Below are positions 17,629-26,302 of a stretch of DNA of 29,787 bases, one piece after another. Position 1 is the stretch's first letter; each line of letters opens with the position of its first letter. Position numbers and translations under genes: made by a program. Below the pieces are notes generated by a model. That model made no database searches. It saw nothing but the letters and a program-made list of their open reading frames with translations, and was not told the origin of the DNA. The stretch comes from Candidatus Eiseniibacteriota bacterium (GTDB lineage Bacteria; Arandabacterota; Arandabacteria; Arandabacterales; Arandabacteraceae): NCBI GenBank assembly GCA_043810925.1, contig JBDRNT010000103.1:1-29787 (forward strand), read 5' to 3'.

Positions 17629-18048
17629 TCACTTCTTCTGGTCCTTCCGGTCGATCTCATCGATCCTCTCGGTAACAGCCTTAAGCTCGGCCTCAAGCCA
17701 TTCCTTGCGCTTCCGAAGTTCCACCGCACCCATACGGCGGGACCGTCTCACCATTATCCTGGCCGGTCTGTTGGGTTCGCACGTACAGACCTCGATCAGG
17801 CCGCTGCAACAGTCTTCAAGACCCTTGGCGTCCACCCGGTACGGTATGAAATAGCCTTTACGCTCGCTATTGACGAGACCAGCCTGCTTGAGGACTCTAA
17901 GATGCTGGGACACTGCCGCCGGGGTCACGCCAACGATCTGAGATATCCGCTTAGAACCGAGCGGCCCCTTTGTCTTGAGGAGCTCTATTATCTTCACACG
18001 CGTTCCCACGCCGAGCACCTTGAACATGTTGGAGCGGTTTTGTCTCAT
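17629..18048 (-). CDS. ArsR/SmtB family transcriptional regulator with a Cys-rich and coiled-coil C-terminal extension
   Basis: FKVLGVGTRVKIIELL, VSQHLRVLKQAGLV, RKGYFIPY; tail DCC-x6-CTC. Start placed at ATG 18048 (GGAG upstream). Confidence 0.9.
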   Translation of the reverse strand: MRQNRSNMFKVLGVGTRVKIIELLKTKGPLGSKRISQIVGVTPAAVSQHLRVLKQAGLVNSERKGYFIPYRVDAKGLEDCCSGLIEVCTCEPNRPARIMVRRSRRMGAVELRKRKEWLEAELKAVTERIDEIDRKDQKK

Positions 18049-18073
18049 GCTTCTCGTCTCCGATTCATTCAAC

Positions 18074-18121
18074 TATTTTAGCAACTACTTAAGTATACGG
18101 CACCCGGACCCCATAAGTCAA
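18074..18121 (-). promoter_or_regulatory. arsR promoter with overlapping operator 1
   Basis: Minus-strand TTGACT (18121-18116)-N18-TATACT (18097-18092); imperfect IR TATTTTAGC-AACT-ACTTAAGTA at 18074-18095 overlaps the -10. Confidence 0.65.
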
Positions 18122-18255
18122 GCGATTTCTTTCTTAAACTGCTGGTAGCCCATGATTGGGAGGAGCGAGGCCATAGTCAGATCTTGTCAATCACGCGGAT
18201 CGTGGTTAGAGTCACTGGGGCGAAGCAGGTCTGTGGTGCAGAGGAGGATGAACCC

Positions 18256-19263
18256 ATGAAATGCCTCAGTCCACTTTTGACTTCAATCATCACCCTGGCG
18301 GCGATACTCCCGTGTGTAGCAGCGGGGGCCGGCACGAAAGAGCCAATCATTTTTGCCACCTTCGCCGAAGATAGCGGCGCAGTGTCCAATGTGCTGCTCC
18401 TGGCCGAGAGCATCCGGACGTTCGGCGGCAAGTACAAGGACGCCCCTATCCTGGTTTACATGCCGGCAGATCTCGCGAAGCAGGAGTCGGAGAGCGCTGA
18501 GCGATTCAAGAATCTTCACGTTGAGGTGAGATCAAGCGATGCGCCTGAGGAGGCCGCCTGGTTTCTCTTTGCCGGAAAAGTATTTGCATCTGCCGAAGCG
18601 GAAGTCGCTGCGAAGGAGACTGCCGATATCCTGGCCTGGCTTGATGAAGACACGATTGTCCTCCGGGAGCCCGGTGAGTTCTCGCTGCCGGAAGGCAAAA
18701 CCCTGGGCTACAGGCCCGTGATGCACAAGAATGTGGGGTTGCTTCGCACAGAACCCCTGGATGAGTTCTGGGGGAGGGCCTTTGAGTTACTTTCGGTTGC
18801 CGAGACCGCGCTTTTTCCCATGGTAACACCGGCCGACGGGGATACGATAAAACCCTACTTCAATGCCGGGTGTATGGTCATACGACCCGAACGGGGTCTT
18901 ATGGCGAAGTGGGTCGATTGTTTCACCACTCTCTATGAGGACTCGCTTCTCACCGAAATGTGCAAGGCCGACTTCAGAAAGCGGATCTTCATCCACCAGG
19001 TGGCGCTCGCCGGGGCGATCCTCACACATCTTGAGAGGGATGATCTGATGGAGTTCTCATCCCGGATCAACTATCCCATCTTCTTTGAGCAGATGTTCGG
19101 TGCCAGGCGTGTATTCGACGACATAACGGACGTGGTGACATTTCGCCACGAGTCGTACTTCAGGAAGCCCGCTCCCGACTGGGATAAGAAACTCAAAGGG
19201 CCCGCCGACAGGAATAGACTGGATCAGGAAACATCTGGCTACGCGGGCCCGCTGAAGGCTTGA
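18256..19263 (+). CDS. Exported glycosyltransferase-A-fold-like (GT8-like) protein
   Basis: GAGGAGG RBS before ATG 18256; signal-like N-terminus; LLAESIRTFGG, WLDEDT (DxD), PYFNAG, INYP. The last ~15 codons may be frameshifted. Confidence 0.65.
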   Translation: MKCLSPLLTSIITLAAILPCVAAGAGTKEPIIFATFAEDSGAVSNVLLLAESIRTFGGKYKDAPILVYMPADLAKQESESAERFKNLHVEVRSSDAPEEAAWFLFAGKVFASAEAEVAAKETADILAWLDEDTIVLREPGEFSLPEGKTLGYRPVMHKNVGLLRTEPLDEFWGRAFELLSVAETALFPMVTPADGDTIKPYFNAGCMVIRPERGLMAKWVDCFTTLYEDSLLTEMCKADFRKRIFIHQVALAGAILTHLERDDLMEFSSRINYPIFFEQMFGARRVFDDITDVVTFRHESYFRKPAPDWDKKLKGPADRNRLDQETSGYAGPLKA

Positions 19264-19307
19264 AGTACATCGCCGATAGTCGTATGATCCCCCCAAAGTG
19301 ATCATCT

Positions 19308-20042
19308 ATGGGTAAACTACCGGTCAAACACAATCCTTATCTGCATGATCTCATCTGGGATCTGCTTAAAGACCTGCCGCGGGGTGCGCTTCTCGACATA
19401 CCCTCGGGGCCGGGCTATTTCGCCAGACATGCCGCCGAGAATGGTTTCAGCCCGGTTGCGGCCGAGATCGATCAGTCGCTCCACGTTTTCCCGGAAGTCG
19501 ATTACAGGAGGGCCGACATGTCGCGGGTCCTGCCCTTTGATGACGGGAGTTTCGACTATGTTGTATCAATCGAAGGCATCGAGCATGTTGAAAACCAATC
19601 CTCGTTTCTCAGGGAGTGTTTCCGGGTTCTTAAGAGTGGTGGCAGACTCTTGCTCACGACACCGAACACGTCATCCCTTGAAAACAGGTTCACCTTCTTC
19701 CTGACCGGTATCCACGAGACACCCACAAAGCCGATACGGGATGACTTACCCAATGCCTTCATGGAACACACCAACCTGATCCCGTTTTATCGTCTCGAGA
19801 CTTACCTGCGGTTTGCCGGCTTCAAGATAGAAACGCTTACGACCTACCGATACCGCAAAGGGAGCCGGTTCATGTATCCGTTCATCTATCCCTTCGCGTG
19901 GCTCAGACTCCGCAATACCTTCGCCAGGTACTTCAAGGATGAGCCCGAAAGCGACAAGTACCGCGAGATACTCAGGATGTACTTATCAAGAGAGGTCCTC
20001 TGCGGAAGCCACGTTGTGGTGGTCGCCACAAAAGTCCGGTGA
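19308..20042 (+). CDS. Class I SAM-dependent methyltransferase
   Basis: LLDIPSGPG, LPFDDGSFDYV, EGIEHV, RVLKSGGRLLLTTPN. Confidence 0.9.
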   Translation: MGKLPVKHNPYLHDLIWDLLKDLPRGALLDIPSGPGYFARHAAENGFSPVAAEIDQSLHVFPEVDYRRADMSRVLPFDDGSFDYVVSIEGIEHVENQSSFLRECFRVLKSGGRLLLTTPNTSSLENRFTFFLTGIHETPTKPIRDDLPNAFMEHTNLIPFYRLETYLRFAGFKIETLTTYRYRKGSRFMYPFIYPFAWLRLRNTFARYFKDEPESDKYREILRMYLSREVLCGSHVVVVATKVR

Positions 20043-20047
20043 TACGG

Positions 20048-21421
20048 CTATCGGCGGAGTCTCCCGATGATAAGGAAGAGGACGGCGAATATGACCGCAC
20101 CATAGGTCTTGTCCATCTCAAACCAGCCCATCCTGCCCGCGATCAAACACACAAACACAGCCGCAGTGCCGCCGATGAAGGCCAATTTGACACTGAACTC
20201 ATCGACCCAACCGCGCGCATAGATCCCAAGCAGGATCACTATCGCTCCGATAGCCCTTATGGCATATGATACGTAGGCGGCGTCGAGTATCGCACCCTTC
20301 ATGAAGGCAGCCAAGGGCACGGTCACGATGCTCACAAGAACCACCAGTCTCCGCGCCGTACGCAGGATCTCCCTGTCACCGGCACCTCGTCTCAAGATGC
20401 CCTGGTAAATGTCCTTGGTTGCGATCGTTACCAGGGCGAAATTGACGGGTCCGACCGTAGAAAGGACTGCGGCGAGGATGCCTGCGAGAGCGAGCCCGCC
20501 CAGCGCGGGAGGGATGAGCTCGGGAGTCGTGAAAAGCCTGGGCAGGATCATCTTTGCGTCGGATACGCTGGCGGGATCGAAAAAAGCCCCTGATCTTCCG
20601 ATGAGACCCAGAAGTCCGACCACTATGCCGAAGGGTGCGATAATAAGAGCGGAGACGAGTGCTGCACGCTTCGCCACCTCAGGATTCTTGGCAGCGAAGA
20701 TCGGCTGGATACTGGCCTGCCCGGCCATCCCGCCCAGGATTCCCCCTAGAAGCAGGCTGAATGCATAGCCCAGGTCGCCACTAAACGGGTTAAACTCACC
20801 CTGAAGCTCACCCAGACCGCCTATCCTGGTGAGACCGATGGCGAGCGCCAAGCCGACCCCGACAAACATCACTACTACATGGATCACGCCGACGAGTGCG
20901 ATCGCGTGCATGCCTCCGACATACATGTAGACGGTGATGATCCCGGCTGAGATCAGCACCGCACTCAGCCACCCTATATCGAAAAGCGGGGATATAATGC
21001 TCGCACAGGTTTGGAGTTGCACGTAAGAAAGCGTGACATAAGCTATGAGGAACGCTATCGCAGAGACCCGGCGCGCTTGGGTTCCAAACAGGACCTCCAG
21101 CATTTCGCTTACAGTGTGTACGTGCTTCTCGCGATAGTGTCTAGCGACGGTGAATCCGATTATCACCATACCGGCGGCAGTGGCGATGTTGTAGAGTGCG
21201 GGTTGAAGTGTTCCGGTTGAAAATGCCTTCTCGCTGACCCCGACGGTGCTCATACCTCCCAGCCACTCCGCGGCAACCACGACGGCACATACCAGCGTGC
21301 CGAGATTGCGCCCGGCGATGAGAAAATCCGCAGCCGATCGGCCGGCCAGTCTCCTCGTGAAAAGTGAGATGAGGACGATCACACCGAAGTAAACCAGGAC
21401 CACAACCGCATAAGGGCTCAT
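20048..21421 (-). CDS. Sodium:solute symporter (SSS) family transporter
   Basis: DFLIAGRNLG, YVGGMHA, QPIFAAK, GILAAVLST, TKDIY; about 13 hydrophobic segments. Confidence 0.9.
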   Translation of the reverse strand: MSPYAVVVLVYFGVIVLISLFTRRLAGRSAADFLIAGRNLGTLVCAVVVAAEWLGGMSTVGVSEKAFSTGTLQPALYNIATAAGMVIIGFTVARHYREKHVHTVSEMLEVLFGTQARRVSAIAFLIAYVTLSYVQLQTCASIISPLFDIGWLSAVLISAGIITVYMYVGGMHAIALVGVIHVVVMFVGVGLALAIGLTRIGGLGELQGEFNPFSGDLGYAFSLLLGGILGGMAGQASIQPIFAAKNPEVAKRAALVSALIIAPFGIVVGLLGLIGRSGAFFDPASVSDAKMILPRLFTTPELIPPALGGLALAGILAAVLSTVGPVNFALVTIATKDIYQGILRRGAGDREILRTARRLVVLVSIVTVPLAAFMKGAILDAAYVSYAIRAIGAIVILLGIYARGWVDEFSVKLAFIGGTAAVFVCLIAGRMGWFEMDKTYGAVIFAVLFLIIGRLRR

Positions 21422-21461
21422 GCCCCCTGTATACACGACACCCGGACCAATGGCGAGCGAT

Positions 21462-21578
21462 AATTAGGTGCCAGCTTGGTAATTTCCCCGGCCGAATTAG
21501 TACGCTGTCATCGAATTCGCTTTTGCATTGGAGGCTGTCTAATTAGTAAACTGTCACCGGATTCTTTGTCACCGAATT
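21462..21578. repeat. Cluster of GGTGACAG-type 23-bp repeats
   Basis: Copy A (+) 21462-21484, copy B (-) 21495-21517, copy C (-) 21541-21563, plus a partial copy at 21567-21578. Confidence 0.75.
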
Positions 21579-21597
21579 ATTCTGAGGAGGTAGTGGG

Positions 21598-22758
21598 ATG
21601 GGCAATGTAGCCGAGTTTGCGGATAAGAACGCCGCGATCATCGAGAAGGTCTTCGCGAGAGTCGATGGAATGCATGCTACCCTCACCGCACGTATCCGGG
21701 AAATCTCTGAGATTCCTTCCCCGACATTTGATGAGACAAGAAGGACCGAATACCTGATGAGAGTCCTTCCGAAAATCGGGCTTAAGGACGTAACCCGGCT
21801 TCCAAAGGGGAGTGTGGTCGCGTTCACTGAGTCGAAAGATCGTGACGACACGCTGCTCCTCGCTGCACACATAGATACGGTCTTCCCGGTCGAGACCGAT
21901 CTCACAACACGCATAGAGGGTTCGGTCCTCCACGGCCCCGGTACCGGCGACAACGCAGCCAACCTCGCTGCCATAGTGACCCTGGCGGAGATCCTTAAGG
22001 ATGAGGGGGTAAGCCTCAAGCGCAACCTGGCATTCTGCGGAAACGTGTGCGAGGAGGGGATAGGTAACCTCGCCGGGATGGCAGAGGTGCTGGAGTTCAT
22101 GGGGGAGCGGCTCGGTACGGTGATCGCCGTCGATGGCCGGATGGCCAATATACTGAACCAGTCGCTTGCCGTCCGTCGTTATGCCGTTACAGCCCGCGGC
22201 CCCGGGGGCCATTCGTGGATGGACTTCGGTGTACCCAGCGCGCTCCATGAGCTCGCCCGTGTGGTTGCGGAGGTGTCACGGATCGAGGTTCCGGCGCAGC
22301 CCAAGACAACTTTCAACGTGGGCACTATCCACGGTGGGAAGACGGTAAATGCCATAGCTCAGGACTGTACGGCTGAAGTGGATCTCCGATCGCTCGAGCA
22401 CGATCAGCTTGAGTCGCTTGAGCAGGAGTTCCTGAGAATCGTGGAGGAGGTCCCGGCAGCCGGTGTGACAACCCAGGCCACGATCATAGGTGAACGTCCG
22501 GCAGGTTCAGAGCCTCCGGAAGGTCCGCTTGTAAAGACCGCGTGGGAAGCCGCCACCCATCTCGGTCTTGAACCCGAGCTGGGTGCAGCCTCAACTGATG
22601 CCGCACTCCCTGCATCCCGCGGCATCCCCGGTATAGCCATGGGCACTTACAGAGGAGATGGGGTGCACACGGTCGAGGAATATGTCGAACTCGAATCCCT
22701 CACCACGGGACTTAAGTGGCTCATCCTCACCGTCCTCACCCTCACCGGAATCCGGTGA
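21598..22758 (+). CDS. M20/M25/M40 family metallopeptidase
   Basis: AHIDTVFP, GPGTGDN, CEEGIG, VDG, GPGGHSW, STDA, GVHTVEE. Confidence 0.92.
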   Translation: MGNVAEFADKNAAIIEKVFARVDGMHATLTARIREISEIPSPTFDETRRTEYLMRVLPKIGLKDVTRLPKGSVVAFTESKDRDDTLLLAAHIDTVFPVETDLTTRIEGSVLHGPGTGDNAANLAAIVTLAEILKDEGVSLKRNLAFCGNVCEEGIGNLAGMAEVLEFMGERLGTVIAVDGRMANILNQSLAVRRYAVTARGPGGHSWMDFGVPSALHELARVVAEVSRIEVPAQPKTTFNVGTIHGGKTVNAIAQDCTAEVDLRSLEHDQLESLEQEFLRIVEEVPAAGVTTQATIIGERPAGSEPPEGPLVKTAWEAATHLGLEPELGAASTDAALPASRGIPGIAMGTYRGDGVHTVEEYVELESLTTGLKWLILTVLTLTGIR

Positions 22759-22780
22759 ATCTGGTGACAGTTTGGTAATT
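22758..22780 (+). repeat. GGTGACAG-type repeat, copy D
   Basis: AATCTGGTGACAGTTTGGTAATT matches the reverse complement of copy C at 20/23 positions. Confidence 0.75.
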
Positions 22781-22789
22781 TCCTGCTTC

Positions 22790-22817
22790 GCAGGTTCAAG
22801 TCCTGCCCGGGGACCCA
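22790..22817 (+). other. tRNA 3'-end remnant (T-arm, acceptor strand and CCA)
   Basis: GCAGG-TTCAAGT-CCTGC-CCGGGGA-C-CCA; no pairing D or anticodon arm upstream. Confidence 0.65.
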
Positions 22818-22952
22818 GTTGTCTGGGACGAAACCTGGCAGACACTATGGGGCCGGGTCCCCCCGATACGTGCTTTGCCTGACAGACAATCTTGCGCATT
22901 GATCTCCACTGAGGCAATCAGCGTCCGATCCCAGGAGTAGCGACGATTTCGG

Positions 22953-22981
22953 TTGAATCAACGCGGCACCCATGCTATAAT
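22953..22981 (+). promoter_or_regulatory. Sigma70-type promoter
   Basis: TTGAAT-N17-TATAAT with an extended -10 TG. Confidence 0.7.
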
Positions 22982-23052
22982 ATTCACCGTATACGCCTAA
23001 GACAATACATGTGAGTGATGACGGCGCGGGATTCCTTAAGAAGAGTTGGGTC

Positions 23053-26000
23053 ATGAAACGATTCCTGTTCTTGATCTTCGTGTCCTGTGCACTGACTGGG
23101 GGAAGTGCATCTGCTGAGATCTGGACAGTGCTCCCTGATGGCAGCGGTGATGCGCCGACCATCCAGGCAGGCATAGACTCTGCGAGTGCCGGTGACACGG
23201 TTCGGGTGTTTGCGGGGACGTACTACGAATACGATATCATTCTTAAGTCCGGAATCTACCTTACCAGCGAGACAGGTTCGATGGATTGCGTTGTGATTGA
23301 TGCGAATAGCCTGGGGAGGGGCCTTTACTGCGACGGTGTAGACAGCACCAGCATCATCGGATTCGGCATCGTCCATGGTATGGCGCGGGAGGATAGCGGT
23401 GGGGCAATGCTCTGCGTGGATTCCGATCTGAGGGTGACCAACTGTGCCTTCCGGCACAGTTTTGCCGACTATGGTGGAGGTGGTGTCTACATAGGTAAGA
23501 ACTTGCCCTCCTTTACCGGCGGCGGCTCGCCCGTCTTTACCAACTGCGACTTCTCCTACAACAGGCAGTTGTATGAATACAGGGGGGGTGGAGGGGTCTG
23601 GAGCTCTGCGGGTTCGCCGGTCTTCGTCGGTTGCACGTTCTTGTACAACGAGTCAGAATTTGGAGCCGGCGGCGGCTTCGGCTGTACATCTTCATGCAGG
23701 CCAACCTTCGAAGGTTGTACCTTCGCATGGAACAGAGGTAGTGGGGCTGGAGTGGCATTCACAGGTACTGGCTTCGCGCAGCTGATCAACTGTACATTCG
23801 CGAATAACAGGTCGCTGGGGGGTGGGGGGGCGGTGTACTTCATGCCGGCAGCGTCGGGCTCGCTGGATCACTGTATCATGGCTCACACCGTTGGTGGGAA
23901 TGGAGTAAACTGTGAGGGATTGGTGGCTTCGCTGACCTGTTGTGATATCTATGGAAACAACTGGGGCGACTGGGTGAATGCGATTGCGGATCAGTATGGC
24001 GTAAATGGGAACATATCCGAGGATCCCCTGTTCTGCGACCCAGAGGAGGACGATTTCCGGCTCAGCTGCGCTTCACCGTGCTTGGATTCAGCTTCCTGCG
24101 GCACTATGGGGGCATATGGATCGGGGTGCTGCTTCGAGATCGTTTCTATAGCTGATGTCCAGTGTGATGATGGTGGTCATGTGAGCCTTACCTGGAACCG
24201 CATATGGCATGACTACGCAGGGAGCGATACCGTAGTTGACTACTACTCCCTATGGAGAAGAGTGGGGGCGACGTCGTCACCAGGAATGCTGGCCAACCCT
24301 CCTGGCACATGGGAATACGTCGACAGCATGGAGGCTAGCGCACAGGGCACATATACCATCGTCTGTCCCACAGCATGTGATTCCGGCGGGCCTGGCATTT
24401 GCTGGTCTGTCTTTTGTGTCCGGGCGCACTTCTCGGTGCCACTGCTCGAGATGGATTCCGCGCCTGACAGTGGATACTCGGTTGACGATACCGGGGAGGT
24501 TGCCTGGACCGATGTTACGACACCGGTTCTGTGTGATTCAAACTGGGCACAGGGGATTTCCTGGGTGGATTATGACAATGATGATGATCTGGATATCTTC
24601 ATCACAAACAGACTTACCGAGAACAGACTCTTCCGCAACGATGACCTGACTCCTGGTGGGTTTGTTGAAGCCACACCGCCGATCCTTGCGGACGCATCTG
24701 ACAGTAAGGGCTGTGCGTGGGGAGATTACGACAATGACGGCGACCTAGACCTCTATGTCACCAATGATGGGCTCAACCGGCTATACAGGAATGATGGTAG
24801 CGGGACTTTCGTTGATGTCACGCCAACCCCTCTTTTCAACTCAAGCCCGGGGCAGGCCGCCTCGTGGGTCGATTATGACAATGACGGTGATGTAGATCTT
24901 TACCTTGTCAATGCTGGGGCGAACAAACTCTTCAGAAACGATGGTGGGGGTGCTTTCACAGATGCAACGTTCCCTCCCCTAGGGAACAGTGGCAAGGGAC
25001 GTGGCTGTGGATGGGCTGACTACGATGACGACGGGGACATGGATGTCTATATAGCAAACAGAAACGGGGCGAATGCGCTTCTTGAGAATCAGGGCGGCGG
25101 GATGTTCGTTGATGCGACAACGCCAGTAACGGAGTTCACCTGCAATAGTACCGGTGTGGCTTGGGGCGACTATGACAATGATGGCGATCTCGATCTATAT
25201 GTCACGAATGACGGGGCCAACGCCTTGCTGCAGAATAACGGAGGCAGCTTCTCTGATGTGACTAACCCTCCAGTTGACGACGCCGGCCAGGGTCGAAGTG
25301 CTGCCTGGGGCGACTACGATCTCGATGGCGACCTCGATCTCTATCTGGTTAATGAGGAGACACCTAACAAGTTGTTTCAGAATGACGGCGGTGGCAGCTT
25401 CGTTGTGCGCTCGAGTTGCGAATTCCTTCCCGTTGAAGACAGTGGCTTGAACTTCAGCTCGGCCTGGGCTGATTTCGACAAAGATGGCGATCTGGACATG
25501 TATCTCGTCAGCAACGGTACGAACAGACTGCTCCGCAACGAACTCGATACTACTCATCACTGGTTAGAAGTGAGCCTTGTAGGCATGATCTCAAACTCGT
25601 TTGGTCTGGGCGCACGTGTTCGCGTGGTTGCCGGAGGGGTATCGCAGATACGCGAGATCGCAGGGGCATCCGGGTATTTATCCCAGGGGCCGTTGACCGC
25701 GTGGTTTGGACTCGACGACGTATGCACGGTAGACACGGTTGAAGTGACCTGGCCCGCGAGTGGAATAGTGCGGTTGATAACGGCCGTCACTTGTGATCAG
25801 ACCCTTGAAGTTGAGGAAGACCCACTTGCACGGGTTCCGGATGAAGAGAAGACACCGACCGTCTTCATGTTATACCCGAATCGTCCGAACCCGTTCGCGG
25901 GCAAGACAGTGATCAGGTACGATTTACCGGAGCGTAGCCAGGTGGACCTTGCGATCTACGATGCTTCAGGGCGGTTTGTGTGCATGCTCATTAGCGGTGA

Positions 26001-26139
26001 GTACCAGCAGCCGGGTCGGCACCAGGCGCATTGGGATGGCCGGAACTCAGAGGGCAAGCCGGCAGCGCCCGGCATATACTTCTGCAGGTTCACCGCCGGC
26101 CACCATATTCAGAACCAGAGACTGGTGCTGTTGAAGTAG
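23053..26139 (+). CDS. Secreted multidomain protein: parallel beta-helix, seven FG-GAP/VCBS repeats, ASPIC/UnbV and FlgD-Ig/T9SS-like C-terminal domain
   Basis: Signal MKRFLFLIFVSCALTGGSASA; PTIQAGIDSA..GDTV, CxFxxN/GGG repeats; seven WxD(Y/F)DxDxDxD repeats; GARVRV..SGYLSQ..FGL..VEVTWP; PNRPNPF...IYDASGR...WDG...PGIYF. Confidence 0.9.
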   Translation: MKRFLFLIFVSCALTGGSASAEIWTVLPDGSGDAPTIQAGIDSASAGDTVRVFAGTYYEYDIILKSGIYLTSETGSMDCVVIDANSLGRGLYCDGVDSTSIIGFGIVHGMAREDSGGAMLCVDSDLRVTNCAFRHSFADYGGGGVYIGKNLPSFTGGGSPVFTNCDFSYNRQLYEYRGGGGVWSSAGSPVFVGCTFLYNESEFGAGGGFGCTSSCRPTFEGCTFAWNRGSGAGVAFTGTGFAQLINCTFANNRSLGGGGAVYFMPAASGSLDHCIMAHTVGGNGVNCEGLVASLTCCDIYGNNWGDWVNAIADQYGVNGNISEDPLFCDPEEDDFRLSCASPCLDSASCGTMGAYGSGCCFEIVSIADVQCDDGGHVSLTWNRIWHDYAGSDTVVDYYSLWRRVGATSSPGMLANPPGTWEYVDSMEASAQGTYTIVCPTACDSGGPGICWSVFCVRAHFSVPLLEMDSAPDSGYSVDDTGEVAWTDVTTPVLCDSNWAQGISWVDYDNDDDLDIFITNRLTENRLFRNDDLTPGGFVEATPPILADASDSKGCAWGDYDNDGDLDLYVTNDGLNRLYRNDGSGTFVDVTPTPLFNSSPGQAASWVDYDNDGDVDLYLVNAGANKLFRNDGGGAFTDATFPPLGNSGKGRGCGWADYDDDGDMDVYIANRNGANALLENQGGGMFVDATTPVTEFTCNSTGVAWGDYDNDGDLDLYVTNDGANALLQNNGGSFSDVTNPPVDDAGQGRSAAWGDYDLDGDLDLYLVNEETPNKLFQNDGGGSFVVRSSCEFLPVEDSGLNFSSAWADFDKDGDLDMYLVSNGTNRLLRNELDTTHHWLEVSLVGMISNSFGLGARVRVVAGGVSQIREIAGASGYLSQGPLTAWFGLDDVCTVDTVEVTWPASGIVRLITAVTCDQTLEVEEDPLARVPDEEKTPTVFMLYPNRPNPFAGKTVIRYDLPERSQVDLAIYDASGRFVCMLISGEYQQPGRHQAHWDGRNSEGKPAAPGIYFCRFTAGHHIQNQRLVLLK

Positions 26140-26302
26140 CTGCAGCCAACGCAGCGGTCCGTTTTGACACAATGCGCGCTGTATCCCACAAAACCACGCT
26201 TTGTGACATTTGCCCGGGGAGCCGCTTTCCTTCCAAGGCAGAAGCGTAAGGCGGTCGGTTCCCTCACCTTCTCCCGCCATCAATAACTACACGATCATCT
26301 CT

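Noticed and set aside
22742-22817. Complete 76-nt tRNA
   Set aside because: The acceptor pairs 6/7, but U8 is missing, the D and anticodon stems do not pair, and the 5' part lies in the peptidase ORF and repeat D.
24562-25500. Regularly spaced GAYTAYGAYAAYGAYGGCGAY repeats as a CRISPR array
   Set aside because: They are in-frame FG-GAP coding repeats with synonymous variation and ~150-nt spacing.
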